A stretch of 48,522 bases of DNA from the NCBI GenBank assembly GCA_020717925.1, contig DYDL01000001.1, positions 1 to 48,522 on the forward strand, given 5' to 3'. This stretch comes from Desulfocapsa sp. GTDB taxonomy: Bacteria; Desulfobacterota; Desulfobulbia; Desulfobulbales; CG2-30-60-27. The position numbers were made by a program, and so were the translations under genes. Below the pieces are notes generated by a model that was given only the letters and a program-made list of their open reading frames with translations, was not told where the DNA came from and made no database searches. Positions 7,031 to 15,633 of the stretch are shown piece after piece (position 1 is the stretch's first letter; each line of letters starts with the position of its first letter).

Positions 7031-9292
7031 ATGGAGAAGAAATACGGTGCATATATCTGCGCAGGATGCGGAATAGGAGAGGCCCTCGATATGGAGGGCC
7101 TGGTTAAGGCGGCTGGCGAGTCAGGCATTCCAGGGGCGAAGACCCATGCGGCCTTCTGCTCTGCCGCGGGCCGCGAGCTGATCCAGAACGACATCAACAA
7201 CGACGGGGTGAACACCGTGGTGCTCTGCGCCTGTTCCCCCCGTGTTTTTCAGGACGAGTTCAATTTCGGCGCCGACAAGATCACCATACGCGGCAACATC
7301 CGCGAGCAGGCGGTCTGGTGCATGGAGAAGCCCTCTGACAAGAAGAGTGCCGACACCATCAAGGAGTACACCCAGGAACTGGCGTCCGATTATGTGCGGA
7401 TGGCCTGCACCCAGGCTAAGAAGACCGAACTGCCCGAGCCCTATAAGCTTGAGACCCTTACCAGGAAGATTCTGGTCATGGGTGGCGGCATTGCAGGTCT
7501 CACCGCCGCCAAGGAGGCGGCCGATGCCGGCTATGACGTGACCCTGGTGGAACGCGAAGAGCAGTTGGGCGGCAAGGCCCTGGGCTGGCGGCAGCAGTTC
7601 CCGACCAAGGCCCCGTGGACCGAGTTGGAGGAGCCCACCGTGGCGGCCATGGTGGCCGCGGTGACTGGGAACAGTCGGATCACCGTCAAGACCGCCACCG
7701 AGGTGGCTCGGATCGCCGGCGCCCCCGGCGCGCTAAAGGTCTCATTCAAGTCGGGCAAGACCAAGAGCGAGTGGGACGCGCCTGCCAAGGTTACGGCCGA
7801 CGAGCAGGATCTCATTAACAAGGGCGGCATGGCCGATCCCAATGCCGGTCTGCAGCCCTACATGGCGGCGGACCCGGCCGCCGAAGACTTCGGCGGGGTG
7901 GTGCTGGCCACCGGTTGGACCCCGGCCAATGTTTCCGAGTACGCCCACCTCGGCCACGGCACCCTGAAGAACGTGGTCACCAACGCCGAGTTCGAGCGGC
8001 TGGCCAAGGCGGGCAAGGTGCCGGCCAACGTCGCCTTTGTCCAGAGCCCTGGTGGCAGTGAAAACGACATGGACTTCCCTTACTGCAACTCGGTCACCAG
8101 CATGGTAGCCCTGAAGCAGGCCAAGTACGTGCGGGCTGACAACCCCGACGGCCGGGCTTATATCCTCTATCAGCACATGCGTACACCGGGCAACATGGAG
8201 ATGTTCTACAAGGGTGCCCAGAACGATGACGGCATCTTCCTTACCAAGGCAAACGTTACCAAGGTCGAGGAGGGTAATGGCGGTCTGGTGGTGCATGCCC
8301 AGAACACCTTGCTCAACGAGGATCTGGCCATCGAAGTGGACATGGTCGTCCTGGCCGCCGGCATGGTTCCCACCACCAAGGAAGAGGCCTCCATCAACCT
8401 GGCCTACCGCCAGGGCCCGGCCTTCCTTGATCTGGAACTGTTCGATGGCTACGCGGATTCGCACTTCATCTGCTTTCCGTACGAGACCCGGCGGACCGGC
8501 GTTTATACCTGCGGCGGCGTGCGCAAGGCCATGAACATGGAAGAGACCATTGACGACGCCACCGGCGCGGCCCTGAAGGCCATCCAGGCCATTGAGTCCG
8601 CTGACCGTGGCGTGGCCGTGCATCCCCGGTCCGGTGACGGCTCCTACCCGGAGTTCTTTTTCCAGCGCTGCACCCAGTGCAAGCGCTGCACCGAGGAGTG
8701 CCCTTTCGGCGCCTTGGACGACGACGAGAAGGGTACGCCCAAGCCGAACCCGACCCGCTGCCGGCGCTGCGGTACCTGCATGGGTGCCTGCCCCGAGCGG
8801 ATCATCGGTTTTAAGAACTACAACATCGACATGATTGGTTCCATGGTTAAATCCGTGGTGGTGCCGGACGACGACGAGGCCAAGCTGCGCTTCGTGGTCT
8901 TTGTCTGTGAAAACGACGCCTATCCGGCCATTGATATGGCCGGTATGCGGCGCAACACCATGAACAGCCTGGTCCGGTTTATTCCGGTGCGCTGCCTGGG
9001 TTCCGTCAATATGGTGTGGATCAAGGATGCGCTCTCTTCCGGCATGGACGGAGTCCTGCTGCTCGGCTGCAAGTTTGGCGACGACTATCAGTGCCACTTT
9101 GTCAAGGGCAGCGAGATCGCCAATAAGCGCATGGATAACATCGGCGAAACCCTGAAGAGCCTTGGCCTTGAGCCTGAGCGGGTCGGAGCGCGTGATGTTG
9201 CCATCAGCGATTATGATAAGGTGGGCGATATCGTCAGCGCCTTTGTTGACGAGATCGTGGCGCTTGGCCCCAACCCTTTCAAGGGCTTCTAG
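7031..9292 (+). CDS. qmoB: Qmo subunit B (HdrA-like flavoprotein with ferredoxin and MvhD-like domains)
   Basis: 753 aa. ILVMGGGIAGLTAAKEAAD. CTQCKRCTEECP and CRRCGTCMGACP clusters. The C-terminal FVVFVCENDAYPAID...LLLGCKFGDDYQCHF is MvhD/FlpD-like. Confidence 0.9.
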   Translation: MEKKYGAYICAGCGIGEALDMEGLVKAAGESGIPGAKTHAAFCSAAGRELIQNDINNDGVNTVVLCACSPRVFQDEFNFGADKITIRGNIREQAVWCMEKPSDKKSADTIKEYTQELASDYVRMACTQAKKTELPEPYKLETLTRKILVMGGGIAGLTAAKEAADAGYDVTLVEREEQLGGKALGWRQQFPTKAPWTELEEPTVAAMVAAVTGNSRITVKTATEVARIAGAPGALKVSFKSGKTKSEWDAPAKVTADEQDLINKGGMADPNAGLQPYMAADPAAEDFGGVVLATGWTPANVSEYAHLGHGTLKNVVTNAEFERLAKAGKVPANVAFVQSPGGSENDMDFPYCNSVTSMVALKQAKYVRADNPDGRAYILYQHMRTPGNMEMFYKGAQNDDGIFLTKANVTKVEEGNGGLVVHAQNTLLNEDLAIEVDMVVLAAGMVPTTKEEASINLAYRQGPAFLDLELFDGYADSHFICFPYETRRTGVYTCGGVRKAMNMEETIDDATGAALKAIQAIESADRGVAVHPRSGDGSYPEFFFQRCTQCKRCTEECPFGALDDDEKGTPKPNPTRCRRCGTCMGACPERIIGFKNYNIDMIGSMVKSVVVPDDDEAKLRFVVFVCENDAYPAIDMAGMRRNTMNSLVRFIPVRCLGSVNMVWIKDALSSGMDGVLLLGCKFGDDYQCHFVKGSEIANKRMDNIGETLKSLGLEPERVGARDVAISDYDKVGDIVSAFVDEIVALGPNPFKGF

Positions 9293-9301
9293 GTGAAGCC
9301 G

Positions 9302-9340
9302 CCCCCTGCTCCTTGGCTGATCAAGAGCCGGAGCAGGGGG
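9302..9340 (+). other. Perfect 11-bp stem-loop in the qmoB-qmoC spacer
   Basis: CCCCCTGCTCC (9302-9312) / GGAGCAGGGGG (9330-9340) with a 17-nt loop. No T tract follows, so it is not a classical terminator. Confidence 0.7.
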
Positions 9341-9431
9341 TTGTGCAAGGTCTTATAAATTTTCCAATACCTCCGGGCTGGTCAAAGTTAGGCCGCGCTT
9401 GGCTACGAGAGGAAAGAGGAGGGAGTTTGCA

Positions 9432-10643
9432 ATGGCGGAAGGCATGAGGGTCAAACCTGATCTGGAGTTCATTCGGTTCATGAAGAAGGCGGGTGGTGAC
9501 TCGCTGAAGAAATGTTATCAGTGCGCCACCTGTTCCGTGGTCTGTCCGCTGTCCGCGGACAAGAAGCCCTTTCCCCGCAAGGAGATGATCTGGGCGCAGT
9601 GGGGCCTGAAAGACAGACTGGTCGCTGATCCCGACGTGATGCTCTGTCATCAGTGCGGCGACTGCACGACCTACTGTCCGCGCGGGGCCAAACCTGGTGA
9701 TGTTCTGGGTGCCATCCGGGCCTATGCCTACACCCATTTTGGCTTTCCCCAGGGGTTAGCCCGGCTGGCCAGCGACGGCAAGAACCTGCCGCTCCTGGTG
9801 GCCATGCCGGCGCTCATTATTGCCTTCATGTGGTACCTGTCCGGCGGAATGCATCTGCCAGAGGCGGGTACGGCGGTGGATTTCGGCCGCTTCTTCGGTC
9901 ACTGGGACTGGCCGTGGCTGACCAAGAACGTTTTCTTCATCGACATCATCTTTGTGCCGGCCTTTTTCTTCTCCCTGTTTGCCGCCTTCAAGGGCGGGTC
10001 GTCCATGTGGAAGGCGATGGCCGCCGGCCTCGGTGCTAACTCTGGCTTCCGGCCCTCGGCGTCCCAGTTTGCCACCGAGTTTCTGTTGCCCGCCGTGGTT
10101 GAAATTGTTCAGCACAAACGGTTCAAGGACTGCGGTACCAATTACGACCGTATCAAGGGCCATCTGCCCCTGCTCCTCTCCTTCATTGGTCTGTTCGCGG
10201 TTACCGGTTACTCTTTCATGAGAAAAGACGTGATCAGCCTCTTTGTCAGCAAGGAGCTGGCGCATGTCCTGCATGGGCCTATCCCGCTCTCCGATCCCTT
10301 CAAGCTGCTGGCCAATATCAGCGCCATCGCCCTCATCGTCGGTATCGGCATCCTGTGGGCCAACCGGATGCGCATGCAGGATGAGCAAAAGGTGTCCGCT
10401 ACCTTCTATGACTGGTTCCTGATCGTCGAGATCATGGCGGTTGGTGTTACCGGGCTGATGGCCGAGGTGAGCAGGCTGATTGACGTGGCCCCGTTGGCAT
10501 ACCTTTTTTACTACATGCACCTGGTGTCAGTGTTCATGCTCTTTATTTATATGCCTTATACCAAGTTTGCCCATCTGGTCTACCGGACCGTGGCCATGGC
10601 CTTTGAGCGTTACCGTGAAAGCAGTTTTGTGAAACAGGCGTAG
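9432..10643 (+). CDS. qmoC: Qmo subunit C (HdrC-like FeS domain fused to an HdrE-like membrane domain)
   Basis: CYQCATCSVVCP and CHQCGDCTTYCP motifs followed by multiple hydrophobic helices. ATG 9432 has AGGAGGG about 10 nt upstream. The track start at 9399 is a TTG without an RBS. Confidence 0.88.
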   Translation: MAEGMRVKPDLEFIRFMKKAGGDSLKKCYQCATCSVVCPLSADKKPFPRKEMIWAQWGLKDRLVADPDVMLCHQCGDCTTYCPRGAKPGDVLGAIRAYAYTHFGFPQGLARLASDGKNLPLLVAMPALIIAFMWYLSGGMHLPEAGTAVDFGRFFGHWDWPWLTKNVFFIDIIFVPAFFFSLFAAFKGGSSMWKAMAAGLGANSGFRPSASQFATEFLLPAVVEIVQHKRFKDCGTNYDRIKGHLPLLLSFIGLFAVTGYSFMRKDVISLFVSKELAHVLHGPIPLSDPFKLLANISAIALIVGIGILWANRMRMQDEQKVSATFYDWFLIVEIMAVGVTGLMAEVSRLIDVAPLAYLFYYMHLVSVFMLFIYMPYTKFAHLVYRTVAMAFERYRESSFVKQA

Positions 10644-10660
10644 CCGGCTAAGAAGGTGGA

Positions 10661-10713
10661 TAGACTGTAGGTGTTTAGGTAGAGAAGTATAAGGCTACAG
10701 TCTAAGCAACCTG
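10661..10713. repeat. Palindromic intergenic repeat, copy A (TAGACTGTAG-N24-CTACAGTCTA + AGCAACCTG)
   Basis: Arms at 10661-10670 and 10695-10704. TGTTTAG at 10672-10678, ATAAGGCT at 10689-10696, AGCAACCTG at 10705-10713. The same modules recur at 47559-47648. Confidence 0.6.
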
Positions 10714-10721
10714 AATATTGA

Positions 10722-10748
10722 CATGGCAATCATTGCCCATGGTTTTTT
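10722..10748 (+). terminator. Candidate terminator after qmoC
   Basis: CATGG (10722-10726) / CCATG (10737-10741) plus 2 inner pairs with one bulge, followed by G then T6 (10743-10748). Confidence 0.45.
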
Positions 10749-10768
10749 AACCCTGGGCGGAAAAATGG

Positions 10769-10797
10769 TTGATTTTGCCAAAATGACCGAGTAGGAT
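10769..10797 (+). promoter_or_regulatory. Candidate promoter of the tRNA-tuf operon
   Basis: TTGATT (10769-10774), a 17-nt spacer, TAGGAT (10792-10797). The predicted start falls a few nt before the tRNA-Thr 5' end at 10808. Confidence 0.45.
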
Positions 10798-10807
10798 GCC
10801 TGGCTGC

Positions 10808-10883
10808 GCTGGCGTAGCTCAATTGGCAGAGCAGCTGATTTGTAATCAGCAGGTTGCGGGTTCAAGTCCCATCGCCAGCTCCA
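10808..10883 (+). tRNA. tRNA-Thr (anticodon UGU), CCA encoded
   Basis: Cloverleaf folded by hand. Acceptor GCTGGCG/CGCCAGC, anticodon loop TTTGTAA, T loop TTCAAGT. One C-A mismatch in the T stem. Confidence 0.9.
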
Positions 10884-10970
10884 CCACAGGATGGGAAAGG
10901 CTGGCTGAATCAGGGCCGGTTTTTGTACACGTGGCGCAGCCTGGGGTTTACAGACGAGCACATAAACGTC

Positions 10971-11055
10971 GGAGGGGTTCCCGAGCGGCCAAAGGGAACA
11001 GACTGTAAATCTGTCGGCGAAGCCTTCGGAGGTTCGAATCCTCCCCCCTCCACCA
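10971..11055 (+). tRNA. tRNA-Tyr (anticodon GUA), long variable arm, CCA encoded
   Basis: Acceptor GGAGGGG/CCCCTCC, anticodon loop CTGTAAA, T arm GGAGG-TTCGAAT-CCTCC. Confidence 0.95.
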
Positions 11056-11062
11056 GTAATCA

Positions 11063-11104
11063 CCCCTCGGTTGGCACAGGCCAATGAGGGGCAGGTTGTT
11101 TTTT
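11063..11104 (+). terminator. Terminator-like hairpin just after tRNA-Tyr
   Basis: CCCCTC (11063-11068) / GAGGGG (11086-11091) with inner TTGGC/GCCAA pairing. A T6 run at 11099-11104 follows after a 7-nt gap. Confidence 0.35.
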
Positions 11105-11262
11105 GGTTTTGCCCGGATTGTTTGCTGGCTTTATGGCCGACAACGATTTCAACAAGTTATAAAATGGTTAGCCGCACTTAAAGTGAGGTTTCCTGGAGTG
11201 CGTGGTAATCGGTTTTTTTACGATTACAGCAACGGTTGGCCGCATTCTCCATGACGTTTTTT

Positions 11263-11338
11263 GCGGGAATAGCTCAATTGGTAGAGCATCAGCCTTCCAA
11301 GCTGAGGGTTGCGGGTTCGAGACCCGTTTCCCGCTCCA
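11263..11338 (+). tRNA. tRNA-Gly (anticodon UCC), CCA encoded
   Basis: Acceptor GCGGGAA/TTCCCGC, anticodon loop CTTCCAA, T loop TTCGAGA. Confidence 0.95.
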
Positions 11339-11426
11339 CGACAATAGCGAGTGCCCGGAATTCAAGATAGGCTTTTTACCCTTGGCCTTCGTGGGGGTCG
11401 GAGATATACGGTACAGGTTGTCGGTT

Positions 11427-11502
11427 GCCCACGTAGCTCAGTCGGCAGAGCACTTCCTTGGTAAGGAAGAGGTCACCGGTTCGATTCCGGTCGTGGGCTC
11501 CA
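11427..11502 (+). tRNA. tRNA-Thr (anticodon GGU), CCA encoded
   Basis: Acceptor GCCCACG/CGTGGGC, anticodon loop TTGGTAA, T arm ACCGG-TTCGATT-CCGGT. Confidence 0.95.
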
Positions 11503-11598
11503 CATGATTGCGTGATTTCGGTAGGCGGCTCCGTCTCGGCAGATCCGGGCGGGTAATCGAGGAAAACAGACACAGAAGAAAGCTGCATTTAGGAGAGC

Positions 11599-12792
11599 AT
11601 CATGGCAAAGGTGAAATTTGAGCGCACGAAACCCCACGTCAATATAGGTACGATCGGTCACATCGATCACGGTAAGACGACGTTGACCGCGGCGATAACG
11701 CGGGTTTTGTCCACCAAGGGGTGGGCGAAATTCACGGCCTTTGATGAGATTGACAAGGCGCCGGAGGAGAAGGAGCGCGGCATCACCATTGCCACGGCGC
11801 ACGTGGAATATGAGACCGCGAAGCGGCACTATGCGCACGTGGATTGCCCGGGCCATGCCGATTATATCAAGAATATGATCACCGGCGCGGCGCAGATGGA
11901 CGGCGCCATTCTGGTGGTGGGAGCTGACGACGGCCCGATGCCGCAGACGCGTGAGCACATTCTGCTGGCGCGGCAGGTAGGCGTGCCGGCGATGGTGGTG
12001 TTTCTGAACAAGTGCGACATGGTCGATGACCCGGAGTTGATCGAGCTGGTGGACATGGAGCTGCGTGAGCTGCTGTCGAAGTATGACTATCCTGGCGACG
12101 ACACGCCGATCATCCAGGGGAGCGCCTTGAAGGCGTTGGAGAACCCGGAAGACGAGGCGGCGGCCAAGTGTATTTACGACCTGATGGACGCGGTTGACTC
12201 CTTTGTGCCGGAGCCGCAGCGCGACATTGACAAGCCGTTTCTGATGCCGGTGGAGGACGTATTTTCCATCTCTGGCCGCGGCACGGTGGCGACGGGCCGG
12301 ATTGAGCGCGGGGTGATCAAGGTAGGCGAGGAGGTCGAGATCGTCGGCATCCGCGATACGGTGAAGACCACGGTTACCGGGGTTGAGATGTTCCGGAAGC
12401 TTTTGGATCAGGGCCAGGCGGGCGACAACGTTGGCGTGCTGCTGCGGGGCACGAAGCGTGAGGATATCGAGCGCGGCCAGGTGTTGGCAAAGCCGGGCAG
12501 CATCACGCCGCACACGAAGTTCAAGGCGGAGTGCTATATCTTGAACAAGGAGGAGGGCGGCCGACATACGCCGTTCTTCAATGGGTACCGGCCGCAGTTT
12601 TACTTCCGGACCACGGACGTGACCGGAGTGGTGACGCTGCCCGAAGGGGTGGAGATGGTGATGCCAGGAGACAACGTGTCGATCGTTGGGACGCTGATCA
12701 CCCCGATCGCCATGGAGAAGGAACTGCGTTTCGCGATCCGCGAGGGTGGCCGGACGGTTGGCGCTGGCGTTATTAACGAAATCATCGAGTAA
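11599..12792 (+). repeat. 1.19-kb direct repeat (tuf copy 1), partner at 28438-29631
   Basis: The sense frame, a full-length antisense frame and four further short alternative-frame ORFs translate identically in both copies. The only difference found is C at 12783 versus T at 29622. Confidence 0.9.
11602..12792 (+). CDS. tuf: Elongation factor Tu, copy 1
   Basis: 396 aa. [33 protein letters not shown] and NKCD GTPase motifs. It follows the Thr-Tyr-Gly-Thr tRNA cluster, as tufB does in E. coli. Confidence 0.98.
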   Translation: MAKVKFERTKPHVNIGTIGHIDHGKTTLTAAITRVLSTKGWAKFTAFDEIDKAPEEKERGITIATAHVEYETAKRHYAHVDCPGHADYIKNMITGAAQMDGAILVVGADDGPMPQTREHILLARQVGVPAMVVFLNKCDMVDDPELIELVDMELRELLSKYDYPGDDTPIIQGSALKALENPEDEAAAKCIYDLMDAVDSFVPEPQRDIDKPFLMPVEDVFSISGRGTVATGRIERGVIKVGEEVEIVGIRDTVKTTVTGVEMFRKLLDQGQAGDNVGVLLRGTKREDIERGQVLAKPGSITPHTKFKAECYILNKEEGGRHTPFFNGYRPQFYFRTTDVTGVVTLPEGVEMVMPGDNVSIVGTLITPIAMEKELRFAIREGGRTVGAGVINEIIE

Positions 12793-12843
12793 ATCCAGTG
12801 ACGACCGGCAGGGTATCCCTTGCCGGCGCCTCAGGGGAAGACC

Positions 12844-12993
12844 ATGCGCGATATTATTACCTTGGGTTGTACCGAGTGCAAACGCCGGAACTATACAACC
12901 ACGAAGAATAAAAGGCAGACGCCGCACAAGCTGGAGTTTAAGAAATACTGCCGTTTCTGTCGCCTGCACACGCTGCACAAGGAGACTAAGTAA
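12844..12993 (+). CDS. rpmG: 50S ribosomal protein L33 (Zn-ribbon C+ form)
   Basis: Translated by hand (below the track cutoff): [49 protein letters not shown]. Has CxxC...CxxC. Canonical tuf-rpmG-tRNA-Trp-secE order. Confidence 0.93.
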   Translation: MRDIITLGCTECKRRNYTTTKNKRQTPHKLEFKKYCRFCRLHTLHKETK

Positions 12994-13002
12994 GCGGTCT
13001 GG

Positions 13003-13079
13003 AGGCCAGTAGCTCTAATTGGTAGAGCACCGGACTCCAAATCCGGGGGTTGGGGGTTCGAATCCCTCCTGGCCTGCCA
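13003..13079 (+). tRNA. tRNA-Trp (anticodon CCA), CCA end encoded
   Basis: Acceptor AGGCCAG/CTGGCCT, anticodon loop CTCCAAA, T loop TTCGAAT. Confidence 0.95.
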
Positions 13080-13183
13080 CGCTTATCGGCATTACCCCTT
13101 TTTGATGTGCGACATAGCTATATGGCCTTTCGGCCGTGATTACACGCGAACTGGTTACCGCGCAAGCGGGAAGAGTTGAACTG

Positions 13184-13444
13184 ATGGCGAGCAAGGATAT
13201 CGACAAACCTGCAAAGAAGAAAGGTGGGCAGGGAGACAGCGAAGAGGTCTCCAGGTTTCAACTTTCCCAGGTGAAGCAATTTGGTGAAGAGGTGAAAGCC
13301 GAGTTCAACAAGATTGCTTGGCCCAGCAGGAAGCACACCATCGGTTCAACCATCGTGGTAACAATTTTTGTTATCATTATTTCCTTCTATCTCGGCGCGG
13401 TAGATATGCTGCTCGGCAAGATAGTCGCCGCGGTAATACGTTGA
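13184..13444 (+). CDS. secE: Preprotein translocase subunit SecE
   Basis: MASKDIDKPAKKKGG...FNKIAWPSRKHTIGSTIVVTIFVIIISFYLGAVD has a single C-terminal TM helix. It lies immediately upstream of nusG. ATG 13184 is preferred over the track start at 13136. Confidence 0.88.
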   Translation: MASKDIDKPAKKKGGQGDSEEVSRFQLSQVKQFGEEVKAEFNKIAWPSRKHTIGSTIVVTIFVIIISFYLGAVDMLLGKIVAAVIR

Positions 13445-13478
13445 CCCGCACTCGACCAGCGCACTGAACGGGGATATA

Positions 13479-14009
13479 ATGGCTCGTCAATGGTATATAC
13501 TGCATACCTACTCCGGGTTTGAGGAGCAGGTGAAGACCGCCATGCTGGAGCGGATCAAGCAAGCCGGACAGGAGGAATCCTTTGGCGAAATTCTTGTGCC
13601 CACCGAGCAGGTGGTTGAGATGGTCAAGGGTTCCAAAAAGACCTCGGCGCGCAAGTTTTTTCCCGGCTATATTTTGCTTAATGTTGACCTGAACGATGAG
13701 ACTTGGCATACGGTGCGTGGCACCACCAAGGTCACCGGGTTTGTTGGCAATGATCTCCATCCCGAGCCCCTGGCCGATGAAGAGGCCATGAAGATCATAG
13801 GTCGGATTCGAGACGGCGCCATGAAGCCCAAGCCCAAGGTGAGCTATGAGGTCGGCGATGTGGTCAGGGTTGTTGATGGACCCTTTGCCAACTTCCAGGG
13901 TGTGGTTGATCATGTCAATCCTGACAAGGGCCGGGTTCGGGTCATGGTGAGCATTTTCGGCCGGGAAACCCCGGTGGAATTGGAATTCATTCAGGTCATC
14001 AGCGCCTAG
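13479..14009 (+). CDS. nusG: Transcription termination/antitermination factor NusG
   Basis: 176 aa. MARQWYILHTYSGFEEQVK NGN domain and KOW motif GDVVRVVDGPFANFQGVV. Confidence 0.97.
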   Translation: MARQWYILHTYSGFEEQVKTAMLERIKQAGQEESFGEILVPTEQVVEMVKGSKKTSARKFFPGYILLNVDLNDETWHTVRGTTKVTGFVGNDLHPEPLADEEAMKIIGRIRDGAMKPKPKVSYEVGDVVRVVDGPFANFQGVVDHVNPDKGRVRVMVSIFGRETPVELEFIQVISA

Positions 14010-14063
14010 GACGGCTGCTGCATGCACTACGGCAAACTAGCCGTGCGATAGAGGAGAAGAATA

Positions 14064-14489
14064 ATGGCAAAGAAAATCACCGGCTATATCAAACTGCAGA
14101 TTCCCGCCGGCAAGGCCAATCCGTCGCCTCCCGTTGGTCCCGCCTTGGGACAGCGTGGTGTCAACATCATGGAATTCTGCAAGGCGTTTAACGCCAAGAC
14201 TCAGGACCAGGGCGACATGCTGATTCCGGTGGTAATCACCGTGTATGCCGACCGTTCCTTTTCATTTATCACCAAAACGCCTCCAGCCTCCACGCTGCTG
14301 ATGAAGGCAGTCGGCTTGAAGAAGGGCTCCAGTAACCCGAAAAGGGAGCGTGTTGCCAAGATTTCACGCGACAAGATCCGGGAGATCGCTGAAACCAAGC
14401 TGCCTGACTTGAACGCCAACGATGTGGATGCAGCCATGCGGATCATCGAGGGGACGGCCAGGAGTTGCGGCATAACGGTGCTTGAGTAG
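14064..14489 (+). CDS. rplK: 50S ribosomal protein L11
   Basis: [43 protein letters not shown], 141 aa. Confidence 0.98.
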   Translation: MAKKITGYIKLQIPAGKANPSPPVGPALGQRGVNIMEFCKAFNAKTQDQGDMLIPVVITVYADRSFSFITKTPPASTLLMKAVGLKKGSSNPKRERVAKISRDKIREIAETKLPDLNANDVDAAMRIIEGTARSCGITVLE

Positions 14490-14598
14490 ACCGTCGCGCG
14501 GATAACGGACGGATGGGTGGGCCGCTGGCGCGACAAGGTCGCTGGTCGGCTTAAGAGAGACACGCGGAATTAGGCGTGCAAGAGGTTTGGAGAAAGCC

Positions 14599-15312
14599 AT
14601 GGCGCAGAGAGGAAAAAAATATACGGCAGGCAGTGCTGGGATTGATCCAACCACTGTTTTCAAGCTTGATGAGGCGCTGGAAAAGGCGTTGCAGATTAAG
14701 TACGCCAAGTTCGACGAGACCATGGATATTGCCATTCGTCTCGGCGTTGATCCCAGGCATGCCGATCAGATGCTGCGCAGCTCGGTGGTCTTGCCCAACG
14801 GTACTGGCAAGGTCGTGCGCGTGCTGGTTTTTGCCAAAGGCGAGAAAGAGAAGGAGGCCTTGGATGCCGGGGCCGACTACGCCGGTAGCGATGAGTACGT
14901 GACCAAGATCCAGGGCGGTTGGCTGGAGTTCGAGCGCACTATCGCCACCCCGGACATGATGGGAACGGTGGGCAAGATTGGCCGTATCCTCGGGCCACGC
15001 AATCTCATGCCCAACGCCAAGGTCGGCACGGTAACCTTTGACGTCGGCCGGGTGGTGCAGGAGATCAAGTCCGGCAAGATTGATTTCAAGGTCGATAAGA
15101 CCGGCATCGTGCATGCAGGGATTGGCAAGGCCAGTTTCGGGCCGACCAAGCTCAAGGAGAATCTCCTCGCCTTTATTGACCGGATTGTGCAATTGAAGCC
15201 TGCTTCGGCCAAGGGCATTTACCTGCGCAGCATCTGTGTGTCAACCACCATGGGGCCTGGGTTTAAGCTTGACCCCTTGGAGATCCGTACCCTGATCAAG
15301 GCTGCGGCCTGA
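14599..15312 (+). CDS. rplA: 50S ribosomal protein L1
   Basis: [16 protein letters not shown]...[14 protein letters not shown] 14599 has GGAG 6 nt upstream. The track start at 14587 is a TTG. Confidence 0.96.
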   Translation: MAQRGKKYTAGSAGIDPTTVFKLDEALEKALQIKYAKFDETMDIAIRLGVDPRHADQMLRSSVVLPNGTGKVVRVLVFAKGEKEKEALDAGADYAGSDEYVTKIQGGWLEFERTIATPDMMGTVGKIGRILGPRNLMPNAKVGTVTFDVGRVVQEIKSGKIDFKVDKTGIVHAGIGKASFGPTKLKENLLAFIDRIVQLKPASAKGIYLRSICVSTTMGPGFKLDPLEIRTLIKAAA

Positions 15313-15633
15313 TGATGTTGGCTGGTTAATATACGAATAAATCGTTTTCATTAGGGGTTCGACCATCGTCGGGCGCCTGCATTTTTAGGGTGAGCAGTCG
15401 GGACGTCGAAGACAGCGGGCACATGATTGTTTAATCGGCTACAGCCGTGACCCAGGATACCAGGGTCACGATGGCGGGCCGGCCTGCCGAGACAGAGATT
15501 GAAACGTTGCCCCATGCAATGTCGCAAGTGTGGTCACGATCCGGTGTGGATGAGTGACGAATTACTTGCCTGTCCTGATCCGACCTCTGCTGCTTTTTGG
15601 AAGGAACCATTTCAGAAAAGGAGGTTGAGGACA
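15313..15633 (+). promoter_or_regulatory. rplJ leader (L10-leader-type structured 5' UTR)
   Basis: 321-nt non-coding spacer before rplJ containing the 8-bp hairpin CGTGACCC/GGGTCACG. Position and length match the autoregulatory L10(L12) leader known from other bacteria. The structural class has not been verified. Confidence 0.5.

Noticed and set aside
10695-11588. Track ORFs 10695-11084 (-), 10796-11008 (+), 10854-11087 (+), 11168-11365 (-), 11202-11507 (+) and 11376-11588 (-).
   Set aside because: All overlap the four hand-folded tRNA genes, so they are artefacts of stop-free tRNA sequence.
11473-12978. 501-aa minus-strand ORF antisense to tuf copy 1, and its twin at 28387-29664.
   Set aside because: It is antisense to EF-Tu and Arg/His/Leu-rich. 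It appears twice only because tuf is duplicated. It was useful only as evidence that the two tuf DNA copies are identical.
15499-15633. Cys-rich N-terminal extension of the rplJ ORF (MKRCPMQCRKCGHDPVW...), which could look like a zinc-finger fusion or a leader peptide.
   Set aside because: L10 homology begins at NRSEKESVV. A TTG with a strong AAAGGAGG RBS sits at 15634, and the upstream part coincides with the expected L10 leader RNA. The same reasoning trimmed the track starts of aprB (2883), qmoC (9399), secE (13136), rplA (14587), rpsL (25305), rplN (35093), rplE (35855), rplF (37167), rplO (39002), infA (41710) and thiS (45309).
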